From Ranitomeya imitator (Eukaryota), in contig NC_091291.1 of the NCBI RefSeq assembly GCF_032444005.1, positions 7,316,001-7,380,000 of the forward strand: DNA of 64,000 nt. Reading direction: 5' to 3'. Under the pieces are notes generated by a model that worked only from the letters and a program-made list of their open reading frames with translations, was not told the DNA's origin and did not search any database. Positions 23,301 through 56,760 of the stretch are shown here, in pieces (the first letter of the stretch is position 1; the number at the start of each line of letters is the position of its first letter). Both the position numbers and the translations under genes were made by a program.

Positions 23301-25030
23301 GACATAACAGAATTGTGAATGCAGCTCTGGAGGTGATTGGAGACTAAAACATGACAACATAATTGTGAATGCAGCTCTGGAAGTGATTGGAGAATAAAAT
23401 TTGACATAATAGAATTGTGAATGCAGGTCTGGAAGTAATTGGAGAATAACATGTGACATAATAGAATTGTGAATGCAGCTCTGGAGGTGATTGGAGAATA
23501 AAACATGACTTAACAGAAGAGTGAATGCAGCTCTGGAGGTGATTGGAGACTAAAACATGAGAACAGAATTGTGAATGCAGCTCTGGAAGTGATTGGAGAA
23601 TAAAATGTGAAATAACAGAATTTGGTTGCAGCTCTGTAAGTGATTGGAGACTAAAACATGACAACAGAATTGTGAATGCAGCTCTGGAAGTGATTGGAGA
23701 ATAAAACGTGAAATAACAGAGTTTGGTTGCAGCTCTGGAAGTGATTGGAGACTAAAACATAACAACAGAATTGTGAATGCAGCTCTTGAAGTGATTGGAG
23801 AATAAAATGTGACATAATAGAATTGTGAATGCAGCTCTGGAGGTGATTGGAGAATAACATGTGACATAATAGAATTGTGAATGCAGCTCTGGAGGTGATT
23901 GGAGAATAACATGTGACATAATAGAATTGTGAATGCATCTCTGGAATTGATTGTAGAATAAAACGTGACAATAGATTTCTGAATACAGCTTTGGAGGTGA
24001 TTGGAGAATAAAACGTGACAATAGAATTGTGAATGCAGCTCTGGAGGTGATTGGAGAATAAAACGTGACATAATAGAATTGTGAATGCAGCTCTGGAGGT
24101 GATTGGAGAATAATACGTGACATAACAGAATTGTGAATGCAGCTCTGGAGGTGACTGGAGAATAACATAATGGCTGCAGCTTGATGTGTGTGAGTGCCCA
24201 GTAAGTGACGGGACATTACCACTTCTCAGGAGTTCATGAAGGCCACGGTGGACCTGGCGGACCTGTTGGGTTTGCACTTGGTGATGTCTCGTAACGCAGG
24301 GAAAGGCGAGTACAAGATAATGGTGGCCGCGATGGGCTGGGCGACCGCGGAGCTCGTCATGTCGAGGTAAGCGTGCGTGAAAACCAGTATTTAAAGGGGC
24401 CGTGCACCTGAACTTCTGCAGTCAGCGCACATTTGGCGCTACCCTTCAGATGTAACCTCCTGGTTGGCGCTGACGAGAGGCAATGATTTCTCCCTCTTCG
24501 ATGCCGTCTCGTTTGGTCGCAGGTGTCTCCCGCTCTGGGTCGGCGCCCGAGGTATTGAATTCGACTGGAAATACGTCCAGATGAGCATCGATTCCAACAT
24601 CAGCCTGGTAAGACCCCGAGTCCTGCGTTAGCGGCCCCGCGCCCGCTCTGTTTCCTGACCTCTGTACCCCTCGGTGTTGTCAGGTGCACTACATGGCGGT
24701 GGCGGCCCTGGTCTGGATGTGGACGCGCTACGATCTCCCCGCTCACTTCCGTCTTCCGGTCACAGTCCTGCTCGGGCTCAGCATGTACAAGGCCTTCCTG
24801 CTGGAGTGAGTATGGGGCGATGTTCTGCAGCAGCTTAGTGGCGGAGAGATGTGCTGCTTCCGTCCTCTCCCAGCAAGCAGAGGTAGTGACCTGTTTCCTC
24901 TCTTTCCAGCTGCTTCGTGCACGTCTTCTTGCTGGGGAGCTGGACGGCGCTGCTCCTGAAGGCGGTGACCACCGGCGTCCTGTCCCTGAGCTGCCTCACG
25001 CTCTTCGTCAGTCTGGTCCACGGTAACTGA
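17341..25030 (+). CDS. TMEM147: Transmembrane protein 147, 7 exons, 225 aa
   Basis: Exons 17341-17417, 20978-21047, 22230-22295, 24230-24366, 24523-24607, 24684-24805 and 24910-25030 (678 nt, GT-AG, in frame). Reads [62 protein letters not shown].../[63 protein letters not shown]. Confidence 0.97.
17435..20930. repeat. G-rich ~31-32-bp minisatellite filling TMEM147 intron 1 (gggggagaagctgtgaggagggagcggggacc)
   Basis: About 100 near-identical units, degenerating into variant units after ~20580. Source of the two ~1200-aa Pro/Ser-rich minus-strand ORFs. Confidence 0.95.
22003..22203. repeat. 28-bp tandem repeat (cagtgcagcggggggcaccgattccggt) x7 at the end of TMEM147 intron 2
   Basis: Near-perfect copies ending about 26 nt before the exon 3 acceptor. 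Confidence 0.9.
22690..24170. repeat. ~51-bp diverged minisatellite in TMEM147 intron 3
   Basis: Unit aattgtgaatgcagctctggaggtgattggagaataaaacatgacataacag. Its reverse complement contains ctccagagctgcattcacaattctg, nearly the same core as the 86-bp family. Confidence 0.9.
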
Positions 25031-25105
25031 TCCTGCGGACGCCGCGTCCAGGAAGGTGTTTAATAACGGGGAGAACTTTATACGTATTATTACATAAAGC
25101 TTTAT

Positions 25106-25111
25106 AATAAA
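25106..25111 (+). terminator. TMEM147 polyadenylation signal
   Basis: AATAAA about 75 nt after the stop codon. Confidence 0.7.
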
Positions 25112-25357
25112 TCAGACTCGCACCCTTCACTGCCCGGGCGGAGGACGACCGACGACTTGCTGCAGAGCTGCGCTCGCTCTTCTGCTCTAGTGCTAGTCAC
25201 TGCTGCTGCATCCACAGAGTCAATAGGAAAGAAATGCAGCAGAGTATAGGGGGTCTCATCGGTCTGAGTGCAGGCGGCCATTGCTTCACTCCAGGCCAGA
25301 TTCCGTTCTCAACCAGACGCAATTGTAACAAACCCTCAGCAGTCAGTTGTGTAATAA

Positions 25358-25363
25358 TTTATT
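25358..25363 (-). terminator. Probable ATP4A polyadenylation signal
   Basis: tttatt on + (AATAAA on -), about 325 nt past the ATP4A stop codon. Confidence 0.65.
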
Positions 25364-25685
25364 AATCTCCATCGTACGGAGCTGTGAGATCACACGAAAT
25401 CTTACTGCCAAGTCAACGCAAACTCGCAGGGGGCGATGGGCAGAGTCACAGCACATAGAGGGTAAGAAAGCGCCTGCCCCTCCGGGTACAGGACTCATCC
25501 CCTCCTTCCCTGACACAAGGGAGCGACACTGCAGCTGTAGCCCAGGATCCAAATTTCTTATATACAGCAGATTCTCTTGATTCGTGAGCGGAGAAAATCC
25601 AGAACGAGCTCCTGGTCAGTGAGGGGTCCGGGCTCCTGTGTCTTCAGCTGCGGAGGAGGTGGGCGTCTGATGGGGTCCAGGGCTT

Positions 25686-48683
<22,998 letters not shown>

Positions 48684-48762
48684 CTTGCTGGCTCGAGGTT
48701 GTGGGGACGGTGCTGGGACTTGTGGTTGCCGCCAACAAATCTTGGCGAGGACGTGATGTCGC

Positions 48763-48770
48763 CTTATAAA
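48763..48770 (-). promoter_or_regulatory. Probable ATP4A TATA box
   Basis: Minus strand reads TTTATAAG about 80 nt upstream of the ATG at 48683. A GATA-type TGATAA lies near 48856. Confidence 0.55.
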
Positions 48771-48924
48771 TCCCGGGAGCTGGAGCCTCCCAGAGTCCGA
48801 TCACTGCCCCCCGCCGCAGCTTTACGTCTGCAGGTGAGATCCAATCTCAGGTCTGTGATAAAAGAAGGACGTGGAGATTACAGAACCTTCTCCTGCCCTT
48901 CACCATCTGCAGCTACACGGCTGG

Positions 48925-50470
48925 ATCGCACAGGAGAGGATCAGATACATGGCAGTATCACACAGGAGAGGATTAGATACATGGCAGTATCACACAGGAG
49001 AGGATTAGATACATGGCAGTATCACACAGGAGAGGATTAGATACATGGCAGTATCACACAGGAGAGGATTAGATACATGGCAGTATCACACAGGAGAGGT
49101 TCAGATACATGGCAGTATCACACAGGAGAGGATTAGATACATGGCAGTATCACACAGGAGAGGATCAGATACATGGCAGTATCACACAGGAGAGGATCAG
49201 ATACATGGCAGTATCACACAGGAGAGGATCAGATACATGGCAGTATCACACAGGAGAGGATCAGATACATGGCAGTATCACACAGGAGAGGATTAGATAC
49301 ATGGCAGTATCACACAGGAGAGGATCAGATACATGGCAGTATCACACAGGAGAGGATCAGATACATGTCAGTATCACACAGGAGAGGATTAGATACATGG
49401 CAGTATCACACAGGAGAGGATCAGATACACGGCTCAGCAGACAGTATCACACAGGAGAGGATCAGATACACGGCTGTATCGCACAGGAGAGGATCACATA
49501 CATGGCAGTATCACACAGGAGAGGATTAGATACATGGCAGTATCACACAGGAGAGGATCAGATACACGGCTCAGCAGACAGTATCACACAGGAGAGGATT
49601 AGATACACGGCTGTATCACACAGGAGAGGATCAGATACATGGCAGTATCACACAGGAGAGGATTAGATACACAGTTCAGCAGACAGTATGACACAAGAGA
49701 GGATTAGATACACGGCTCAGCAGTCAGTATCACACAGGATAGGATTAGATACACAGCTCAGCAGTCAGTATCACACAGGAGAGGATTAGATACACTGCTC
49801 AGCAGACAGTATCACACAGGATAGGATTAGATACACAGCTCAGCAGTCAGTATCACACAGGAGAGGATTAGATACACGGCTCAGCAGTCAGTATCACACA
49901 GGAGAGGATTAGATACACGGCTCAGCAGACAGTATGACACAAGAGAGGATTAGATACACAGCTCAGCAGTCAGTATCACACAGGATAGGATTAGATACAC
50001 AGCTCAGCAGTCAGTATCACACAGGAGAGGATTAGATACACTGCTCAGCAGACAGTATCACACAGGATAGGATTAGATACACAGCTCAGCAGTCAGTATC
50101 ACACAGGAGAGGATTAGATACACGGCTCAGCAGTCAGTATCACACAGGAGAGGATTAGATACACGGCTCAGCAGACAGTATGACACAAGAGAGGATTAGA
50201 TACACGGCTCAGCAGTCAGTATCACACAGGATAGGATTAGATACACAGCTCAGCAGTCAGTATCACACAGGAGAGGATTAGATACACTGCTCAGCAGACA
50301 GTATCACACAGGATAGGATTAGATACACGGCTCAGCAGTCAGTATCACACAGGAGAGGATTAGATACACAGCTCAGCAGTCAGTATCACACAGGAGAGGA
50401 TTAGATACACGGCTCAGCAGTCAGTATCACACAGGATAGGATTAGATACATGGCTCAGCAGTCAGTATCA
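48925..50470. repeat. 32/41-bp minisatellite array just upstream of the ATP4A promoter
   Basis: 32-bp units (gatacatggcagtatcacacaggagaggatta) to ~49670, then 41-bp units that are the reverse complement of the 8500-9845 family. Confidence 0.93.
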
Positions 50471-51134
50471 CTGTGTAATATTTCATCCCGCTAGTGGAGA
50501 TGCTGTAGAATATTTGCTCGTTACTCCCAGATGTCAGTACAGATCAGTCACCTGTTGGGGTCCCAGTAGGGGGCACTCACCAGCTAATTGTGCACCTCTG
50601 ACCAGTAGGTGTTGTCCTGTAGGTGGCAGCGTTCTCTTGTCTCACTACTGTTGGGGTCACAGAAGGTGAAGCTTCTGGTCTCTGGATTTCTTGGATAAAG
50701 TATTTGTAAACATCACAGAAACATTGTAACTTTTGTGATCATATGTAACCCTTCATATACTTGTTCCTTCTTAAAGGGCCTTTCTAGAAAACCCAATAGA
50801 TCCAACTCTGATATTGATGATGTCACAGAATATTAGATATATATTATGGATTCATCTCACCAGTTACACATTGCCCCGTCTGTCAGTCCACAATTCTATA
50901 CTCTGCAGCTCTGTGATCTCTGGGAAACCGTTTTAGCTGTCTAGAGGTTTATTATCCAGTCCCGGTGTCTAGTGTTTTGTTTTTTTCAGTCCCAGATGTC
51001 GAGGGGTTTTTTTTCTTCAGTTTCTGGTGTCTAGTTGTTTATTGTTTGGTTCCTGTTATCTGGCAGCTTATTTTCATTGGTTAAGTGTCCATGTTCATGT
51101 TGTATTTCTCAAGTTTCCTGAATCTACATCTCTT

Positions 51135-53170
51135 GTCCCCGGTGTTCAGTGGTGTCACTTGTCCCTGGTGTTCAGTGGTGTCACTTCTAGTCCCTGGTGT
51201 TCAGTGGTGTCACTCCTTGTCCCTGGTGTTCAGTGGTGTCACTCCTTGTCCCTGGTGTTCAGTGGTGTCACTCCTTGTCCATGGTGTTCAGTGGTGTCAC
51301 TCCTTGTCCCTGGTGTTCAGTGGTGTCACTTCTAGTCCCTGGTGTTCAGTGGTGTCACTCCTTGTCCCTGGTGTTCAGTGGTGTCACTCCTTGTCCCTGG
51401 TGTTCAGTGGTGTCACTTCTTGTCTCTGGTGTTCAGTGGTGTCACTCCTTGTCCCTGGTGTTCAGTGGTGTCACTTCTTGTTCCTGGTCTTTAGTGGTGT
51501 CACTCCTTGTCCTTGGTGTTCAGTGGTGTCACTTTTTGTCCCCGGTGTTCAGTGGTGTCACTTCTTGTCCCTGGTGTTCAGTGGTGTCACTTCTTGTCCC
51601 TGCTGTTCAGTGGTGTCACTTCTTGTCCCTGGTGTTCAGTGGTGTCACTTCTTGTCTCTGGTGCTCAGTGGTGTCACTTTTCCCTGGTGTTCAGTGGTGT
51701 CACTTCTTGTCCCGTGTGTTTAGCAGTGTCACTTCTTGTCCCTGCTGTTTAGTGGTGTCACTTCTTGTCTTTGGTCTCAGTGGTGTCACTTTTTTCCCTG
51801 GTGTACAGTGGTGTCAGTTCTTTTCCCTGGTGTACAGTGGTGTCACTTCTTGTCCCTGGTGTACAGTGGTGTCACTTCTTGTCTCTGGTGTACAGTGGTG
51901 TCACTTCTTGTCTTTGGTCTCGGTGGTGTCACTTTTTTCCCTGGTGTACAGTGGTGTCACTTCTTGTCCCTGGTGTACAGTGGTGTCACTTCTTTTCCCT
52001 GGTGTACAGTGGTGTCACTTCTTGTCTCTGGTGTACAGTGGTGTCACTTCTTTTCCCTGGTGTACAGTGGTGTTACTTCTTTTCCCTGGTGTACAGTGGT
52101 GTCACTTTTTGTCTCTGGTGTTCAGCGGTGTCACTTCTTGTCCCTGCTGTTTAGTGGTGTCACTTCTTTTCCCTGGTGTTCAGCAGTGTCACTTCTTGTC
52201 CCTGCTGTTTAGTGGTGTCACTTCTTGTCTCTGGTTCTCAGTGGTGTCACTTCTTGTCTCTGGTGTTCAGTGGTGTCACTTCTTGTCTCTGGTGCTCAGT
52301 GGTGTCACTTCTTTTCCCTGGTGTTCAGTGGTGTCACGTCATGTCCCTGCTGTTCAGTGGTGTCACTTGTCCCTGCTGTTCAGTGGTGTCACTTCTTGTC
52401 CCAGGTGTCCAGTGGTGTCACTTCTTGTCCCTGCTGTTTAGTGGTGTCACTTCTTGTCTCTGGTGCTCAGTCACTTCTTTTCCCTGGTGTACAGTGGTGT
52501 CACTTCTTTTCCCTGGTGTACAGTGGTGTCACATCTTTTCCCTGGTGTTTAGTGGTGTCACTTCTTTTCCCTGGTGTTCAGCGGTGTCACTTCTTGTCCC
52601 TGCTGTTTAGTGGTGTCACTTCTTGTCTCTGGTTCTCAGTGGTGTCACTTCTTGTCTCTGGTGCTCAGTCACTTCTTTTCCCTGGTGTACAGTGGTGTCA
52701 CTTCTTTTCCCTGGTGTACAGTGGTGTCACTTCTTTTCCCTGGTGTACAGTGGTGTCACTTCTTTTCCCTGGTGTACAGTGGTGTCACTTCTTTTCCCTG
52801 GTGTACAGTGGTGTCACTTCTTTTCCCTGGTGTTCAGTGGTGTCACGTCATGTCCCCGGTGTTCAGTGGTGTCACTTCTTGTCTCTGGTGCTCAGTGGTG
52901 TCACTTCTTGTCCCTGGTGTTCAGTGCTGTCACTTCTTTTCCCTGGTGTTCAGTGGTGTCACTTCTTTTCCCTGGTGTTCAGTGGTGTCACTTCTTTTCC
53001 CTGGTGTTCAGTGGTGTCACTTCTTTTCCCTGGTGTTCAGTGGTGTCACTTCTTTTCCCTGCTGTTCAGTGGTGTCACTTCTTTTCCCTGCTGTTCAGTG
53101 CTGTCACTTCTTTTCCCTGGTGTTCAGTGCTGTCACGTCATGTCCCTGGTGTTCAGTTGTGTCCCTTCAT
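51135..53170. repeat. ~29-bp minisatellite (cagtggtgtcacttcttgtccctggtgtt)
   Basis: About 70 variable copies; source of the VQWCH/FSGVT ORFs. Confidence 0.93.
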
Positions 53171-55139
53171 GTCTCTGCCCTCCTGTGGGCCCTCACCTGC
53201 CTTTTGGCTTCCACAATAAGAGGACATGAAGGAGCCGTGTCACCGGCAGTGGACTGGCTCGTGCCTACAGCTCATGGCACATGGAGTGTCCTCTTTTTCC
53301 CTGTGGTCAGGATGGGCAGGAGAGGACGGAGCAGCTGTAATGACACGAGACACTATGAAACGTACGTCGAGGTGACATCTGCTCCCTGAGCTCCGCATCC
53401 TTCTTTTACTTTCCTTTTTCTTTTCCCCAACTCTACAAATTAAAGAGCGGCAGGGTCTTTTAAAAAGAAATGCACCAAAGGTCAAAACCCTTAAAACATG
53501 CACAGTGTGAATGGTGTTTTAGAAATATTATGCAATTTACTGTTACTGTAAAACGTTGGGTCAGATGGGAAAAAAAAGCATCAAAAACGCAAAATCTGAC
53601 CAAGCCCAAATACCCATTACTGAGCGGAATAACCTTATCTTTAAAATTTGTGCCCCCTTCGCTGTCCGCTTCGTGGGCCGAGTTCTTTTTTTCATCCAGT
53701 GTTTCACTGGCAGCAAGAAAACACCTGACCAACCTTCTCAATGTCAGACAATAAGATGCAGCGTGGGCATCGTCTCGCAGTGCCCAAAGGATTCGATATA
53801 CCCGCTGGTTACTGGCTGCAGTGAGGGGCGCAGGATGGCTGCTTCAAGGGGGCACTATTGATTTAAGGGGCATTTTTTCTATCGGGAGGTCTCTGATGTA
53901 GATGAGCGAATCCTTTGAAATTCGAATTCTCCAACTTCAGTGAATTTTTCCCAAACGTTAATTTGCCATAATTCACATGTAGAATGATTGCCCATAAAAG
54001 ATGTGTGTAACACTCTGAGGTCTCCTAGGGCTGCATCCAATCCCATATAAGCTCTATAGCATAAGCAGAGCCTTAATGAAATCCACATATCTGGCAGTGG
54101 GTAACCTCTATCACTATCCAGATTCATCACAAAGCGGCGGCTGCTGCATTTCCTCCCTCGGCTTTTATAGTGGCTCCGATAGTCCATCCTGATTATTGGT
54201 GCTGTACAATGTGATGTTTTAGCTGCGCAGCATTATAAGGAAACCTGACTGGCCTCGCCCGAGTTCATGTGATAATCCTTTTGTGGCTGACGAAGTCTTC
54301 AGCCATGAGAGTGAAATGCGTCTGTGTTACAAACCCATCAGATAAAAGTTATCAAGAAGTTGTCGTGGTGGTCTGGGCCAGATGGACGACTCAGGAAAAG
54401 TGATTGGCGGCAATTGTCAGTATATTTAACTGTGCGGTCATCACTTATACTATCTGCAGAACTGGTGGCTAATACTATATGGTCACCATATGGCGGTAAT
54501 ATGTTTTTTGTCATGTGCAGTTCCTCAGACTTAGAGCTGGTAGTGGCCCCCGTACCTTTTGGGCCACTGGTTGCATTATATATCTCCATCCCTGTATAGA
54601 AGTATACAGTGGTAATATTGGTCTTAGTCCAAGGAGAAGTATTATTTATCGTCAAGTAGGGGTCACGGTGTGGCGGTATTATTTTGGCGTTATTGATAAC
54701 AGTCTTTATATGTTTTGTTACAGTGTTTTATTACATAGAAGATATTTAGTCATTTTATAGTTGTATAAGATAAATATATATAATTTTATTTTAATTGTTG
54801 GGACATATGGAGAGACAAGTATCTGGCAGACATGGAAGTGTATAACCGCCATTTATATGCTGACTTGGTGCAGGAAACTAAAGACATAAAGTCTCAGTGA
54901 CATATTGAGACTCTTTGATCTTTCAGTTTTCTGGTCATTGTCTTCCTCGGGTTGCGTGCACTTGCTCGATGGAATCAGCTTCTGCAGTGCTGCTCTTCCT
55001 GTCGGGAGCGTTGCGGTATTAAAGCGTAAACCACGGTTGTTCTAAGAAGTAAAAACTTTACAAGGTGCAAAACAATTACAAGATCCGGATTCCTGCAAGG
55101 TTTATTCAATAAAATCTAAACATCGTAATCCAAACTTGG

Positions 55140-56100
55140 CATAAAACATTAAATACAGCAATGCACATTGCACAAGCTTGATGCAGCGTTTCGCCTCACG
55201 GCTTCTTCTGGGGCGAGAGAATAAGCTGCAGATGTTATTATTTAAAGCAGCAAAATCATTAAAGATTGCTAAGAAGCATCAAAAAATGAACCCTAAAGTG
55301 TACGGGAATAACTAATAAAAAAAGATACCTGTGCCGCGAGTGTCAGAAGACGACATTATCACCTGAAGTGGGCACCAGGTGGTGACAATTATTATTTACA
55401 AGGAGCACTCCGAGAGCATTATTCCTTAAAGGAGGCACACAAGGGGCATTATTACTGGAAAATGGCACTCAGGGGGGCTTCACTTCTTAATATGGGCACT
55501 ATTATACTATACTATAATGCTGTACTAGGATGTGATTATCATTTTCTTTGACCGACGACTCTATTTAATGCCATCCCCCCTATATTACATCAAGCACCTC
55601 GTGAAGAAGCTATAGCGAAACGTACGTCAGGGGGAAGTCGTTGCTGTACCGCCACCGGTATTGTTATTTGATATGGTTGCTACTTTTCTGACTCTGTCTA
55701 ATTGATAATCACTTTATGAACACTGAACTACCTCTCTACCATTAATTATTTATTCCGTCACCTCTTCACTTTTATTTGCAGAATCAGTCGGATCTGATGT
55801 GATCTATTGGTGGATTTGTATCATTTTGAGTATTCATTCCTATTTGTTTATATGACTGCTGTGATATACAGTATTTAGCTGTAAATATTAATTCCTGAAA
55901 CACTTATCCAGTGTATTTTATAGGTTTTTTTAATCATGTTAATCTTTTGATACAATAAAGATGATACAAAATTCACAATAGTTTCCCTCTATTATAAGAT
56001 TGTGTTCAATTTTGGAGCTATTCCTATCCACTATATAGGTTTAACATTAAAAACAGCAGCATGTAATGTACAAGGTTTCGCCTTATAGCTTCTTCTGGGG
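55140..56100. other. Region with three degenerate hammerhead-ribozyme-like cores (possible Penelope-like element relic)
   Basis: 55595-55634 (+) cacctc-GTGAAGA-agc-tata-gc-GAAAC-gtac-GTC; 55180-55214 (-) ccc-CAGAAGA-agcc-gtga-ggc-GAAAC; 56068-56100 (-) ccc-CAGAAGA-agct-ataa-ggc-GAAAC. None has a perfect CUGANGA. Confidence 0.4.
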
Positions 56101-56760
56101 TATGGAGCAGCAACAGCCAGAGAATTATGGGTACCAACAGTAGGAAGAAGTTGGTAATGAAGCTGAAGTGTCTTTGTTACGGTTTCTGATAATTCTACTG
56201 TGTCTAGGTGATAATTCTACTTGCAGGACACTCATCTATTAGGTGATAATGCTACTTGCAGGACACTCACATCGCCAAATCTGCAGATCAATATATCTAT
56301 AAAAAAGCAGCTGATTTCCAATGTTTCTCTTTTTCTTTTCTGGGGGCATTTACTTTCCTCCTTGTATGACATTGCCCAATTATAAGCAGGAAGCATTATA
56401 TGTAAAACTCACGTGCGCCATTTTAATGAATTCGGCACAAAAAACGTTAACAAATAACACAAGAAAATAAAAGAAAAACAAAACACCAAATGAACGTAAA
56501 TGATGAATCGGGCTCTATATATTTTGTTTCTTTACTTGCACTTAACCCTTTCAACTCCACACTATATTCACAAGGAAATATTTAAGACCTTCCTGATTAT
56601 ATTTTTTGCATTGTTTATTGGCAGATTACAGGAATTTTAGGTGAACAGGTTCCAGATTACAGGACGGTCACACCTATAGGTTACAGCGATGTCATATATG
56701 AAGCCTGTGATGTCCACGGGGAGCGGCGCTGGGCGGTCACATAGTAGCGGGGGAAGGGGC

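Noticed and set aside
48925-50470. Array units as multimerised GATA or gastric-motif sites for ATP4A
   Set aside because: The units mostly contain AGATAC and GATTAG, which do not fit WGATAR.
51027-53389. Cys/Val-rich ORFs (VQWCH, FSGVT)
   Set aside because: They are readings of the 29-bp minisatellite in all three frames.
53895-54330. Possible hAT-type MITE starting gatgtagatgagcgaa
   Set aside because: Only one degenerate end was recognisable, with no matching TIR or TSD.
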